DNA of 64,000 nt from assembly GCA_919901555.1 (NCBI GenBank), contig CAKKPG010000012.1, positions 10,654-74,653 of the forward strand. Reading direction: 5' to 3'. This document shows, piece by piece, positions 12,301 through 21,800 of the stretch. Below the pieces are notes generated by a model, which ran no database searches, was not told the origin of the DNA, and was given only the letters and a program-made list of their open reading frames with translations. The DNA comes from Nitrospiria bacterium (GTDB lineage: Bacteria > Nitrospirota > UBA9217). A program made the position numbers and the translations under genes. Each line of letters begins with the position of its first letter. Positions within the stretch are counted from its first letter, which is position 1.

Positions 12301-15300
12301 GTCACCGTCGACATCTGCCGAAGTGATGTCCATCATATAGCTGTTCGGCGAAATATCACTTATTTTTACTTTTGCATTAAACGTATTCGTGCCGTCCGCC
12401 TTGTTCCGGAAATAGTATAATTCGCCTCGGTCACCCGACCCTGTGATGATATCGACAAACCCGTCATTATTGAAGTCGTCGAGAACGATGCCGCGGGTGA
12501 GATCGGTCCACGCGGACAGGTCTTCTATTTGCTTCACAGCGCCGAACGTCCCGTCACCCATATTTTCGACGGTAAATATCCTGCCGATCTCGTCACTAAA
12601 TGCAATAAGCTTTCCGGTCTTCGGCAGCCTCGTATTGACTGAAGGCGCTTTGGGTCCGTGGTCCACAGTATCGAAATAGATCGAGAAGTATCTCACTGAG
12701 CCCTTTGCGGCAACTCCGTCCATAAGCCAGGTGACCCTGGCGTCGGCATCCGACAGGAAGGCCGCCAGTGCCTGCTTTTCTCCTATGAGATCGCCTGCGG
12801 CGTCAAGTTCCATGACTCTGATGGAATTTTTATCAAGTACTTTGTCAGTGAGCCCCAGGTTCTGAAGGGCGGTAGTAAAAGCAATGGTTGTTTCTGCAAG
12901 CACGTCTTTCATGTCACGTGCTGCCGTTACTGTTGCGGGCATCCTGTACGACCATCCCTGATTTCCTGAGAATCTGAGATCGCTAACGGTAAATGTCGCC
13001 GCTGTCGCAACCCGGGCCCCTGACGCATCTTCGATGGAAATATCGCCCGTGCCCGACCATGCGGTTGCGTTATGGTTCTTCACTGTTACGGCAATATTCA
13101 CGTCTGATGATGCGCTATACGCCGTCTTGTCTGCCTCAAGTGTCGATGTTATCCCCGAGGTCTGAATGAACATTGTTTTTGCCGCCGCATTGTTGTCTTC
13201 GCGGGATTCAATGATGGCATTTCCGGGATCGACTGCCACGTATATCGTCTGCTGTCCCGCGAATCCGGTTGTTTTCAGCACACCCTGGACCGCTGCCCTC
13301 TCGCCCAGGGCCACTTGAGGATAGATGAACTGTTCCGTAATCAGAACACCACCGGATGCAGGGTCGCCAAAATAGAAATGCACGGGAATATTCCCGGTTG
13401 CCGCCCCCCGGTTTCGGATCGTTGCCGTGACCGTCACGGTATCGCCTTCTCGTGCCGACGCAGTTGAAAGCGCGATACTCTCATTCGTGATCTCAAGATC
13501 GGGCAGCCCGGGAGGACTCACCGTTATGGTAAAGGACGCGAGGTTGTTGTTCTCGTTCGATTCTGAGATGCTGTTGCCCGGATCAACGGAAACATAGAGC
13601 ACGTTGTCGCCCGACAGTCCGAGCGTGTCGAATGTAAATGCCACGGCTGCCGAACCGCCTGCGCCCACAGTCTGAATAACCTGATTGGTTCCAAGCTGCG
13701 TCCCGCCGGAAGCCGGGTTCCCGCAGTAAAGTCGAACACTCACATTGGAAGCTGCCGCTAAACCCTGATTCCTGACACCTGTCATTATCGGGACGAGGCT
13801 TCCCTCGGTGTACGGCGCAGGAGGAAGTGTGATGTCCGCAGCGGACGTCGTCAGATCCGGCAGCTCGCTTCCGAGGAAAGCGTCGAGGCTTGCCTGGTTG
13901 TCGTCTTCGTTGCATTCGGATACTGTGTTGTCTTTGTCCACCACTGCATAGAAATGGTGCGGCCCCGTGCTCAGGGCTTCGGTCCCGAAGGTGACGTCCT
14001 GGTACTCACCGGGCTGGAGGGCCCTCGTGGTGGGCGCGGCGCCGATGACGACGCCTGTTCCCGGCGCGCCATCATAGAACGTGACTGTTGCGCCTGCCGC
14101 CGCCTCTTTTGCCCCGCCGTTTCCGATCCTCACGGTCAAGGCGATGTAAGAGCCCACTTGTTCGGAACGGAGATGCGACGCCGTGAGGTTCGGGGCAAGG
14201 TATGGGTTGGGGCTCTCACCAACCCGCGCCTGGGTGCGGTAGGTGTTGTTCAGGAGCCAGGACGGGGATTCATACTGCGGTATGGTGCCGTCGTCATTGA
14301 CGTTCGTGACATGATAATTCGGCTGGTTCCAGATTTTGCGGGCGTTCACCCAATCGTCGTTCTTGGCTTTGTAGACCCGCAGGCTCTCGGCGCCATAGTC
14401 GTTCCCTGTCTGGGCCGCATATCCCGATACTACCGCGTCGGCATGGCCGTCGTTGTCTACGTCGGTGATTATGACGTTTTGGAAGCTGCCGCCCTCTCCG
14501 CCGAACTTTTCCTCGTACAGTAGTGTGCCGCTTTTGCCGTCGAATATGCGGAAATATTTCTGGCTGTTGATCAGCACCTCGGGCTTGCCGTCACCGTTCA
14601 GGTCGAATACAGTCGGCGCCGTTCTATCCTGCCATCCCCAGCCCCACCATTGATACGGCACATAATAGGACTGTTTTTTGTTGCCGTGCTTATCCAGAAT
14701 ATGGTAATAATTGACCCCGAGAATACCGATCTCCATCTCGCCGTCACCGTCGAAATCCGCGATAACGGGAGGACAGCCCAGATAACTTTGGGAAACGAGA
14801 GGCTCAAGGCTATTCAGACGCACCGGCCCCCATTTGACCGTGCCGTCATGCTCAAGGAGATACACGCTGCTGTTTGTGCCGTTTTCAGTTACAACGATTT
14901 CAGGATATGCGTCGTCGTCGAAATTGCCGATCGCGGTGGCTCCGCCGTCAAACGAGTTATTCCACCACCGAAGCGTTCCATCGGCATTCCAGACGGCATT
15001 GCCGGCAATGATCTCTGGTCTTCCATCGAGATCGATGTCGGCAACCGTGGACGCATAGGAACTCCAGTTAGTCGCGCCTGTCCCAACCCACGCCGGGTTC
15101 GAGATCGCGTTTGCCCACCGGATGCTTCCATCCGGGTTGATTACGGTCGATCCGGAAGTGATCTCCGGCATGCCGTCCGCATCGATGTCCGCGATAATCG
15201 GCGTCGCGTTCGAACGAATGGTTGGTTCCGGCGCATAGATGGAATGGGAATTGATCCAATCATTGACCTGTTGGCTATTGTCCCACTTTAATGTTCCGTC

Positions 15301-18276
15301 ATGCTCATAGACCAAAATACTGCATCGGGAACTGCTGGGGCAGTATTTAGGGATGACGATCTCCGGGAGACCGTCCTTGTCTATGTCGCCTGTGCTCACA
15401 TATGCATGCTGATCTAATCGGCGATTGCCATCATAGGTCGAAAATATGGTCGCTCCTGTATCGCCCCTGACCGCCCATAATTTTCCATCTCCGTAATAGA
15501 CAAGACTCGAAAATACGAGCGACGGCATGTCTTTATCATCTATCTTTCCATCACCATTGTCGTCCGTGAGGTTGGTTACGAGCACCTGTCGTGGGATCGG
15601 CTGTCCCCTCGTGCTCCACGTCCACTTCCTGACCGGCTCAATGGGATTTGCCGGCCGTTTCTCGCAATCGTCGCAGGAAATTAGGAGGTTGTTGGTTTCG
15701 CTCTGCTCAAGAATTGAGTCTGACGAGTCTATAAGTGCGTAGAGGGGCGAGTGCAGGAACTTGACGCTGCCTGAGAGGGTCACGTTGACCATGCCCGCGC
15801 CTTCGGGCCAGAGAGTGAGCGTGTTCGTGCCGGTCCCGAGCACGTTGTCCAGTCCGGGCGTATAGCTCCCGTCAAGGTCCGTGTCTTCGAACACGAGGAC
15901 GTCGAAGGAGCTGGTTATCTTGTCGTCGCCCTTGTTCTGGAACGTGACGGCGGCCGTGCCGGAAACTGACAGGGCCGAGGGGTCGGTAGTCAGGGCTGAA
16001 AGGTCGATCTTTGTGGGGACAAGGTCAGGCCCGAGGATTTCGCCCGGGGCCTTGATCTTGAGTGAGCGGATCGCCTGGTTGTTGTCTTCATAAAGTTCCG
16101 TTACGACGTTTTCGGTGTCCGCGATCGCGTAAAAACGGTACGTCCATGGCACAGCGGTAAAGGTGTAGGGGAGCGTTGTACTGCCGTCGCCGGCGATGTT
16201 GCTTATTGGGAATGTCTGGAGGAGAGCGCCGCCCTGTGCAGGATCGCCGTCGTAGAGGGCCAAGTTGAAGGCCCCGGTGTCCTTGATGCCGGTATTATGC
16301 GCCATGATGGACAGTACCACCGAATCGCCGTTCACGGGATGGGACGGAGTGAAGGTCAAGTCAGTGGCAGATATGGAAATGTCCACCATGTCGGCCATGA
16401 CGCGGGTGGAGGCACGGTTGTTGGTCTCGTTCGTCTCGATGATTGCGTTCGCCCTATCTAAGACAACATAGATGTCATGAATTCCGCTTGAAATCGTCCA
16501 ATTCGTCGTAATGGTTTCCTCTGCGCCCGCTGCGGTTGAAATAGTCGTCGTGTATATGAGATTTCCGCCAGATGGAGAAGGAGGCCCGTCATATATCTCC
16601 ACAGTAAAGCTATTTGCCGCTTCCAATCCCTCATTCCGGACAGATGCGGATATCTGAACGGTCTCAGTCGCATGGGGCCGTGATGGGGTGAGTGTTATGG
16701 TTCCAGCAACAAGATCAGCCTGCTGCTGCGCTCCGCCTGCCTGAATGGTGACTGTGCCGGTGTTGTTGGTCTCGGAGAGTTCGGTTATTGCGTTCCCGGA
16801 GTCGGCTACGAGGTACAGCATATGCGCCCCATCGCCGGTGAGCGTAACGCCGAAGGTCCCGGTGCGCACCTCGGTCCCATTGAGACCGGAGATGTGGACG
16901 GTCTGTAATAATGTGCCGCCTTGAGCGGGACTGCCATCATAGAGAGCGACGTCGAATCCGGCTGTGGATGATTCACCAATATTGCGGATAGTATAGCTGA
17001 GCGTAAAGGCCGTGCCGGATGCAGGTACATACGTCGAGGGCTTCAAATCCTCGGAGAAGACGGCAATATCAGGCGCTGTGGCGATCCAAATCCGAGTCGA
17101 GGCGATATTGTCCATCTCGTTGGTTTCTGAAATGATATTGTCAGGGTCTACTTTTACGAAGATCGTTTTTCCACCGGTGCCGGTGAAACTCTGCGTGATT
17201 GATACAGGTGCGGATGAGCTGATGGCAAGAGAGGTAATAATCTGATCAGAACCAATCTGAGTTCCACCAGCAGAAGGATCACCGAGATAGAAGCGGACGA
17301 TAATATTTGATGCGCTTTCGAAGCCGGTATTATGAACCGTCGCGGTAATAGTGACAGATTCATTTGCCTGGGGCATAGGCTTTGACAGCGAAATATCACC
17401 CGGGGAGATAGCAAGGTTCGCACGTGCGCTTGCGAGTGCGCGCAATGCGAGCGCAGTCGAATACGGGTCTTGATTCCACGAACCATCGGCGAGCTGAGTT
17501 GTGGTCAGATAATTTATCGCTCCAGGAACAGAGGCAGAAATATTCGCTCCGCTTGCGATAAGAGCATCGAGGGCGAGGGCGGATTCGTATACATTAGACG
17601 GACTTGAACCGAAACCTCCATCCGTGTTCTGCTTTGAGAGCAGATAGGCAACTCCCTTATCAATAGAACTTTGGACGTTGAAGGTGACGTTGTTGTATGA
17701 TGCCAACATCTGGAGCACAGTTGCAGTTATGTAAACATTGCTGACAATATTATCTTTGAATCCCCAGCCTCCATCTGCCCTTTGATTCGCAGTAATATAG
17801 TTTATCGCCTGGAATAGAACGCCATAGTCCGAATAATTTACGGAACGAAGAGCTTGCAGGGCGAGAGTGGTATCCAGAATGCCATCGTCAAAGCCCGCAT
17901 TTATTCCCCAACCGCCAACGGCAGGATCGCGATAATAGAGCAGCACTTCGACTTCAGCGGATGCATCCATACCTGCTCGTTTGAGCGCGGCAATCCGCCG
18001 TGAGAGATAATCCGTTGGCGAAACAGCCTGGCTGCTGAGCCACGTAAGACCCTCAGTATACGTCGAACTCGTTGGCTCAAAGACATAGACAGCATCCAGC
18101 GCAGCGGATGTGGAGTAGTACTCAGTCGTCTCTACAGCGGGCCAATTACCGGTAGTGGTCTGGGAGGAATTGAGCCAGACGAGGCCCGATGATATTTGTG
18201 GAGTTTGGGCGAAGACTGAAAAACTTATGGTCGATAACAGGATAAAAAAAACGAGGCCAAATGTACGCTTTCGCAT
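9358..18276 (-). CDS. Giant secreted multidomain protein: signal peptide, prenyltransferase/squalene-cyclase-like alpha/alpha-toroid repeat domain, CARDB modules, two FG-GAP/VCBS-like propeller-type blocks, and a unique roughly 700-aa C-terminal region
   Basis: 2972 aa. Signal peptide MRKRTFGLVFFILLSTISFSVFA. Residues about 30-300 carry repeated GGWG / DGGFG / DGSWN motifs. At least 8 CARDB-like modules follow (V.ItA.V.N.G...VD..N.I.E.NE.NN). Eight FG-GAP-like D.D.DG..E motifs occur (DIDKDGLPEIVI, DIDADGMPEI, DIDLDGRPEI, DFDGDGEMEI, DLNGDGKPEV, DVDNDGHADAVV). A second block of five follows (DFNNDGFVDI, DVDGDGNKDF, DVTGDGKLDL, DFDEDGKLDL, DFNSDGHLDI). Confidence 0.85.
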   Translation of the reverse strand: MRKRTFGLVFFILLSTISFSVFAQTPQISSGLVWLNSSQTTTGNWPAVETTEYYSTSAALDAVYVFEPTSSTYTEGLTWLSSQAVSPTDYLSRRIAALKRAGMDASAEVEVLLYYRDPAVGGWGINAGFDDGILDTTLALQALRSVNYSDYGVLFQAINYITANQRADGGWGFKDNIVSNVYITATVLQMLASYNNVTFNVQSSIDKGVAYLLSKQNTDGGFGSSPSNVYESALALDALIASGANISASVPGAINYLTTTQLADGSWNQDPYSTALALRALASARANLAISPGDISLSKPMPQANESVTITATVHNTGFESASNIIVRFYLGDPSAGGTQIGSDQIITSLAISSSAPVSITQSFTGTGGKTIFVKVDPDNIISETNEMDNIASTRIWIATAPDIAVFSEDLKPSTYVPASGTAFTLSYTIRNIGESSTAGFDVALYDGSPAQGGTLLQTVHISGLNGTEVRTGTFGVTLTGDGAHMLYLVADSGNAITELSETNNTGTVTIQAGGAQQQADLVAGTITLTPSRPHATETVQISASVRNEGLEAANSFTVEIYDGPPSPSGGNLIYTTTISTAAGAEETITTNWTISSGIHDIYVVLDRANAIIETNETNNRASTRVMADMVDISISATDLTFTPSHPVNGDSVVLSIMAHNTGIKDTGAFNLALYDGDPAQGGALLQTFPISNIAGDGSTTLPYTFTAVPWTYRFYAIADTENVVTELYEDNNQAIRSLKIKAPGEILGPDLVPTKIDLSALTTDPSALSVSGTAAVTFQNKGDDKITSSFDVLVFEDTDLDGSYTPGLDNVLGTGTNTLTLWPEGAGMVNVTLSGSVKFLHSPLYALIDSSDSILEQSETNNLLISCDDCEKRPANPIEPVRKWTWSTRGQPIPRQVLVTNLTDDNGDGKIDDKDMPSLVFSSLVYYGDGKLWAVRGDTGATIFSTYDGNRRLDQHAYVSTGDIDKDGLPEIVIPKYCPSSSRCSILVYEHDGTLKWDNSQQVNDWINSHSIYAPEPTIRSNATPIIADIDADGMPEITSGSTVINPDGSIRWANAISNPAWVGTGATNWSSYASTVADIDLDGRPEIIAGNAVWNADGTLRWWNNSFDGGATAIGNFDDDAYPEIVVTENGTNSSVYLLEHDGTVKWGPVRLNSLEPLVSQSYLGCPPVIADFDGDGEMEIGILGVNYYHILDKHGNKKQSYYVPYQWWGWGWQDRTAPTVFDLNGDGKPEVLINSQKYFRIFDGKSGTLLYEEKFGGEGGSFQNVIITDVDNDGHADAVVSGYAAQTGNDYGAESLRVYKAKNDDWVNARKIWNQPNYHVTNVNDDGTIPQYESPSWLLNNTYRTQARVGESPNPYLAPNLTASHLRSEQVGSYIALTVRIGNGGAKEAAAGATVTFYDGAPGTGVVIGAAPTTRALQPGEYQDVTFGTEALSTGPHHFYAVVDKDNTVSECNEDDNQASLDAFLGSELPDLTTSAADITLPPAPYTEGSLVPIMTGVRNQGLAAASNVSVRLYCGNPASGGTQLGTNQVIQTVGAGGSAAVAFTFDTLGLSGDNVLYVSVDPGNSISESNENNNLASFTITVSPPGLPDLEITNESIALSTASAREGDTVTVTATIRNRGAATGNIPVHFYFGDPASGGVLITEQFIYPQVALGERAAVQGVLKTTGFAGQQTIYVAVDPGNAIIESREDNNAAAKTMFIQTSGITSTLEADKTAYSASSDVNIAVTVKNHNATAWSGTGDISIEDASGARVATAATFTVSDLRFSGNQGWSYRMPATVTAARDMKDVLAETTIAFTTALQNLGLTDKVLDKNSIRVMELDAAGDLIGEKQALAAFLSDADARVTWLMDGVAAKGSVRYFSIYFDTVDHGPKAPSVNTRLPKTGKLIAFSDEIGRIFTVENMGDGTFGAVKQIEDLSAWTDLTRGIVLDDFNNDGFVDIITGSGDRGELYYFRNKADGTNTFNAKVKISDISPNSYMMDITSADVDGDGNKDFVASVNLNAWYLFKGKGDGTFTKTTLTPPAGSVALRSKMIADVTGDGKLDLIISSCCGGGLYLYQGNGDGTFVSPVQIGTSGTDPYGGAIGDFDEDGKLDLIFNTGASGETNFYKGKGGGQFDLPVAIPSLNTHSHAAFDAGDFNSDGHLDIIAVTYDKLALEFYPGIGDGTFGPKTTIAKIASAGLGISASPALAEIRFAAGSPERVPESTFQFTWNTGTTAPGIYQVHATLSQGAGPVTENRASFEILPDTRAGAKVVTDKISYNPNETAAITSTISSQSGNYIFENLTAKITISRQDTAGGIQVYTETKTLTTLMPGASFTFKSYWNTAANPKGTYTVTLEVISGGAVLSASTTSFELSSTTATGAGLAGALTAAPNPVYQGRDETITYTVTNSGNEDIAGLTAILVIADPDTGEAKAAVRSQESEVRRGETITNTQTITTSSLAPKNYLAVLQVQTAQMTRPKTLTSATFEVKPGIEVTKRIPDVTNLLVWINEKCEKDSVGRRLTQSDADGEKQKMEGEEGSRELTPIDANVNPFATENAEDTEKNKFSRELTRMDANDADAKKIPPTPLYERGARGDLPEAECVRVDLLEKALREAVTDYRIVYDKKDFQAEMRNPYYTDFMILGDQHHLEDHFDEELREQVYAGKGLILSRYRHEHIERELFGMKVDGRLPEGNYPVDILKSDLGIQGSFQSFGRVMKIKEADPETAIGWITATTHKEPVQYPAIIKREYGNGKALYFAFDLVAGSENTIGFTALVKHSLEFIHRPPDTTAFHPNQLVPVEIQAKSLGAASDLRLTETYPAGVKPYDSTTKAWITDNPWVINIHLEPGETKTILSYVLTPDAEGAYTLSTEVSYVENGTYVPYQNLDAVVTAGKDSAAMTADLLSAIDAFSAAGKDRKKLDHAAKYVRKVRDRTASSEEDIVKNIHDLLKAVNSLFQITSADASGVRLMLDGILEFREAEWYWMEYGPE

Positions 18277-18342
18277 AATTCCTCCAAAGACCTTGTTCCG
18301 CTGTCCATTTGTACGACCTGATATTCTTTTCAGGCGGTATGA

Positions 18343-18789
18343 CTACTCCCAATATTTTTTCTTAAAGTCACTCATAATATAAATTTCTTTCACCAGGAAT
18401 CCCATGAACACAAAGAATGATATAAGCCATACAGAATTAACAATAAAATTTGTTACGAGCAAAGCTGACAGAAATAAGGATTCTATTATGCAACTTTTCT
18501 TATTAAAAGTTTTAGCGAGCACACTTTTTATCTCTTCATAATTCTTCACTAACTGAATTACCACAATGAAGAAAAGCAGGGCTATCAAAATAATATCAAT
18601 ATAAAAAAATAACTTATTTCGCCAAAGTGCACTTCTGTAAATAATCAAAATAATTAAAACAAGAAAACCACTAAATAGTGCGTTAATAGCAAGCTTCAGA
18701 CGGTCTTTTGCAAATCTTCTAACTTTTAAATTGTGCATTATTAAATAAAGTGTTGTGTTTATAAATAACAACAGCGATTCATTATTCAT
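18343..18789 (-). CDS. Small AT-rich 4-TM membrane protein (cassette 1)
   Basis: Start MNNESLLLF at 18789 with a GGAGG SD. Very hydrophobic (I/L/F-rich). GC content is far below the flanking genes. It sits between the transglutaminase-like gene and the giant gene. Confidence 0.6.
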   Translation of the reverse strand: MNNESLLLFINTTLYLIMHNLKVRRFAKDRLKLAINALFSGFLVLIILIIYRSALWRNKLFFYIDIILIALLFFIVVIQLVKNYEEIKSVLAKTFNKKSCIIESLFLSALLVTNFIVNSVWLISFFVFMGFLVKEIYIMSDFKKKYWE

Positions 18790-18812
18790 AGTATCGACCT
18801 CCTTCACAAATT

Positions 18813-21800
18813 TTAATAAGCCAATCCATTGCCCAGGCAATTACTTTGAGTTGCGGAGCCAGCAAAATACATTCTTATCGAATTAATCAGTATTTGAACG
18901 GGTCGAAATGTAATAAAAACGATTAGAATATTTCGCACAGTGATTGCAGCCAAAATATTTAATGCTATAGCAGCAACACAGTCTTGTGCGGTACTACTTG
19001 CCTCAGTCATGAGCCAATTCAAGAAAGCCAGATAAATTGGCAAAAGCAACGATAGAATAGCAAATGCAATGGGTCCTGCCAATATTGATAAAGCTAACAG
19101 AAGTAGACCAACACCGATGAGAAGCAACGCGCCATTTTCACCCGAACTAATCATATACGCTCCTGCCCCTGTAACTGGATCAGTAATAATATAACCACAA
19201 AGTAGGCGGTCATTGTAGCTGACATTCGTTCTTGGAACAGTAACTTCTTTTCCTGCATTTACCGCGTTCGCAATAACGCTTTTCACATCTTCACTGACCT
19301 GCAATTGCGGAAGAATAATATTTATATTCGTTTGGTTGACAGTGTAGATGGAGATTCCTTGATCACTTGCTATTTGCAACGCTTTTACTGCTGAGATACC
19401 CTGCACCACATCGCTCGGCGTCGAATACATCCGTTCTGGGATCAGATGCTCCAAGGCTGATGACATACTGCCAGATGTGAGCATATATTTTCTGACATTA
19501 TCTGTGTTTCCGTTTTTACTGAATACGGCCTGCATGATTCTGTCCACATCCATCATCATACCCCCAAAACCAGTCCACGTCGGAATTCCGAATACGGCCT
19601 GAACAGCAAGCTGCGTCGAACACAGTCCGATAGAGGGAACTCGATACCGTATTGCATCTTGTGCTTTCGCGGCAATCTCATCACTTAAATCAAGCTCATT
19701 GAAATAGGTTGTAATTGTCATAAATAAGAGATCACCAACGACATCATCTTTCGTGATCCCGCCGTAAGTCTGAGTAACTATTTTTTCTTTCGTGGTTTCA
19801 AGCTTCGCTTTGAGAGCGTTAAGTCGATCCCCTCCAACTCGTCCTGTGTCCAGACCGATCCCGTAATATTCACCCGCCTGAATCATGTTATCGATATTGC
19901 TCAATCCTATTCCCGGCTCATTAAGCGACATGGTGAACGACTGCGCACTGCCCATCGTGCCAGGAGCGCCGGTTGCCACAATTTGTCCGTCTATACGTAG
20001 TTCAGACTTGAGATTGATAAGATACGCCGGGAATGATGACGGCAGTTCACTTGGCTGGATGGGTGTGCCATCTGGATGAGGCTGAGGTAAAAATGATTCT
20101 ATAACAGCTTGATCGTTGGCAGTTGCTGGTGAGAATGACAATGTGATCTTTTTGCCCGCAAGCTCCGGGAGGCTAGCACTATAGAAAAGCCCTGTACCTG
20201 CGCCTGTGGAATCGGGAATACTGAAGCTTATGGTCGCGCGCAGGTTGTCAGGAACTTGAGCAAACTGAGAGCCGATCTGCACGGTCTTGTACGGAAGTGT
20301 TTCGGGTAATATGCCGAACTCCTGCTTGATAATCTCCTTCTTGCCGACCACATCCCCTACTGTCGCATTGGGATGGTTCTGCTGAATGTAGTTCTGCACC
20401 TGCGTCTGGTAGTCCTGCATAGTCTGCTGGATCAGGGTGGAGTTCACGTTCGTTACATACCCTTCTGTTTCATTGATCGTCGAAGTCGATTGAAGCTGAT
20501 TGGCAAAGGTTTGTGCGTCAAAGGGCACGGCTGACTGGATGTCAATTCCCTGCGTATAGGCATACTGCTTGAATGAAGGATCAAGCTGGATCCAGGTATC
20601 GGGCTGTCGATGAACGGCCCCGCGGCTCGGGATATAATCGATGAACGCGCTGACCCATACGTGTTCCATCCTCACGTATTTATAGACGCTGCCGCTGGTT
20701 TTGAGAAGCGTAACGGGAACGCCGTTGGTGGCAAGAATCGTTCCGACCATCATCGGATTGGTCACATCGCCGACCCAGTTCATTGCTTTTTCGATGGGGA
20801 TATCGACGGTGCCGTAGGCGTAGCGTGCGGAGATGCCGGACGTGCGAAGCAAAGCGATGAGCAAACTGGCAGTGTCGGTGTCGTTGCAAATCCTTGACTG
20901 AAGGCACTGGTCCGCCCCTTGGATGCTGCCATAGGTGGGTGCATATTCGATATTATTGCGGACCCATTCGTAGATTCTGAGCGGTGAGTTGCCGAGTTCG
21001 GCGGCTTTGGCGCGGATTTCGGGCGTGAATTGGACTTCGGGAGTTTCGGATAGGTCAGCGGCGGTCGGAATATCCGCTGTCTGCTGCGCGAGAAGGATCG
21101 GTGCTGAATCGGCGAAGGCTACCTGCAGAATCGCCCCCTCCCCCCCTCCCTCTCCCACAAGGGGGCGAGGGAGTTGAAGCGGAACATCACTCGCAATTTC
21201 GTTGAATGCGAGGAGAACGGGTTTCGATTGCGGCTTGCTCGCCAGGAGATCAGGCATCAACCGGCTGTCGGAGATATTACGACTGCTGTGTGACTTTTGC
21301 TTTCGAAAATCGCGCTCGAACTCTTCCTTTTTCAAGCGCGGTGCGACCGTTTTGGTCGCTTTCCGGACGCGAAACGGCAGATTCTCCGGATCGAGCCGTT
21401 GCACGAGCTTTTTCGGCCGGGTCTTGTCTAGGTGCAAACGTACTTTCTCTATCTTCGCCTTTCGCTCCGCCGGGGTCCTGGCCGCGTCTATGTCGTTTAA
21501 CTCATCCCGGAGTTGCGTGTAGTTGGCGGTATAGTTTTTAACGAACGCCGTATGCCTATCGCGTATTTCGCGGGGCAAGCCAGCGATCTTCTTCTCCGTG
21601 GCGGCGAATTCCGCCTGGAGCTGCTCATTCAAATCAGCGAGTTGGGTTTTCCTGTTCCCGACCTCCCGGATTTCCGCGGAAGCATCCTCGCCCTTTGCAT
21701 TCTTCTCGCTTGCCTTGCCGACCTTCTCGCGTATTGCCTCAAGAACACCTTCAAATTTTTCTTCGGGCTTTTGCTCTCTGCTTACTGGCTTTCCGGGCGC

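Noticed and set aside
17901-18095. Identical small ORFs MLSMSLSQRVRRILRVLRGSAARLF... at 17901..18095 and 24685..24906
   Set aside because: They are the antisense frame of the 238-nt block that is identical between two paralogous genes. The repetition reflects gene conversion, not a conserved small gene.
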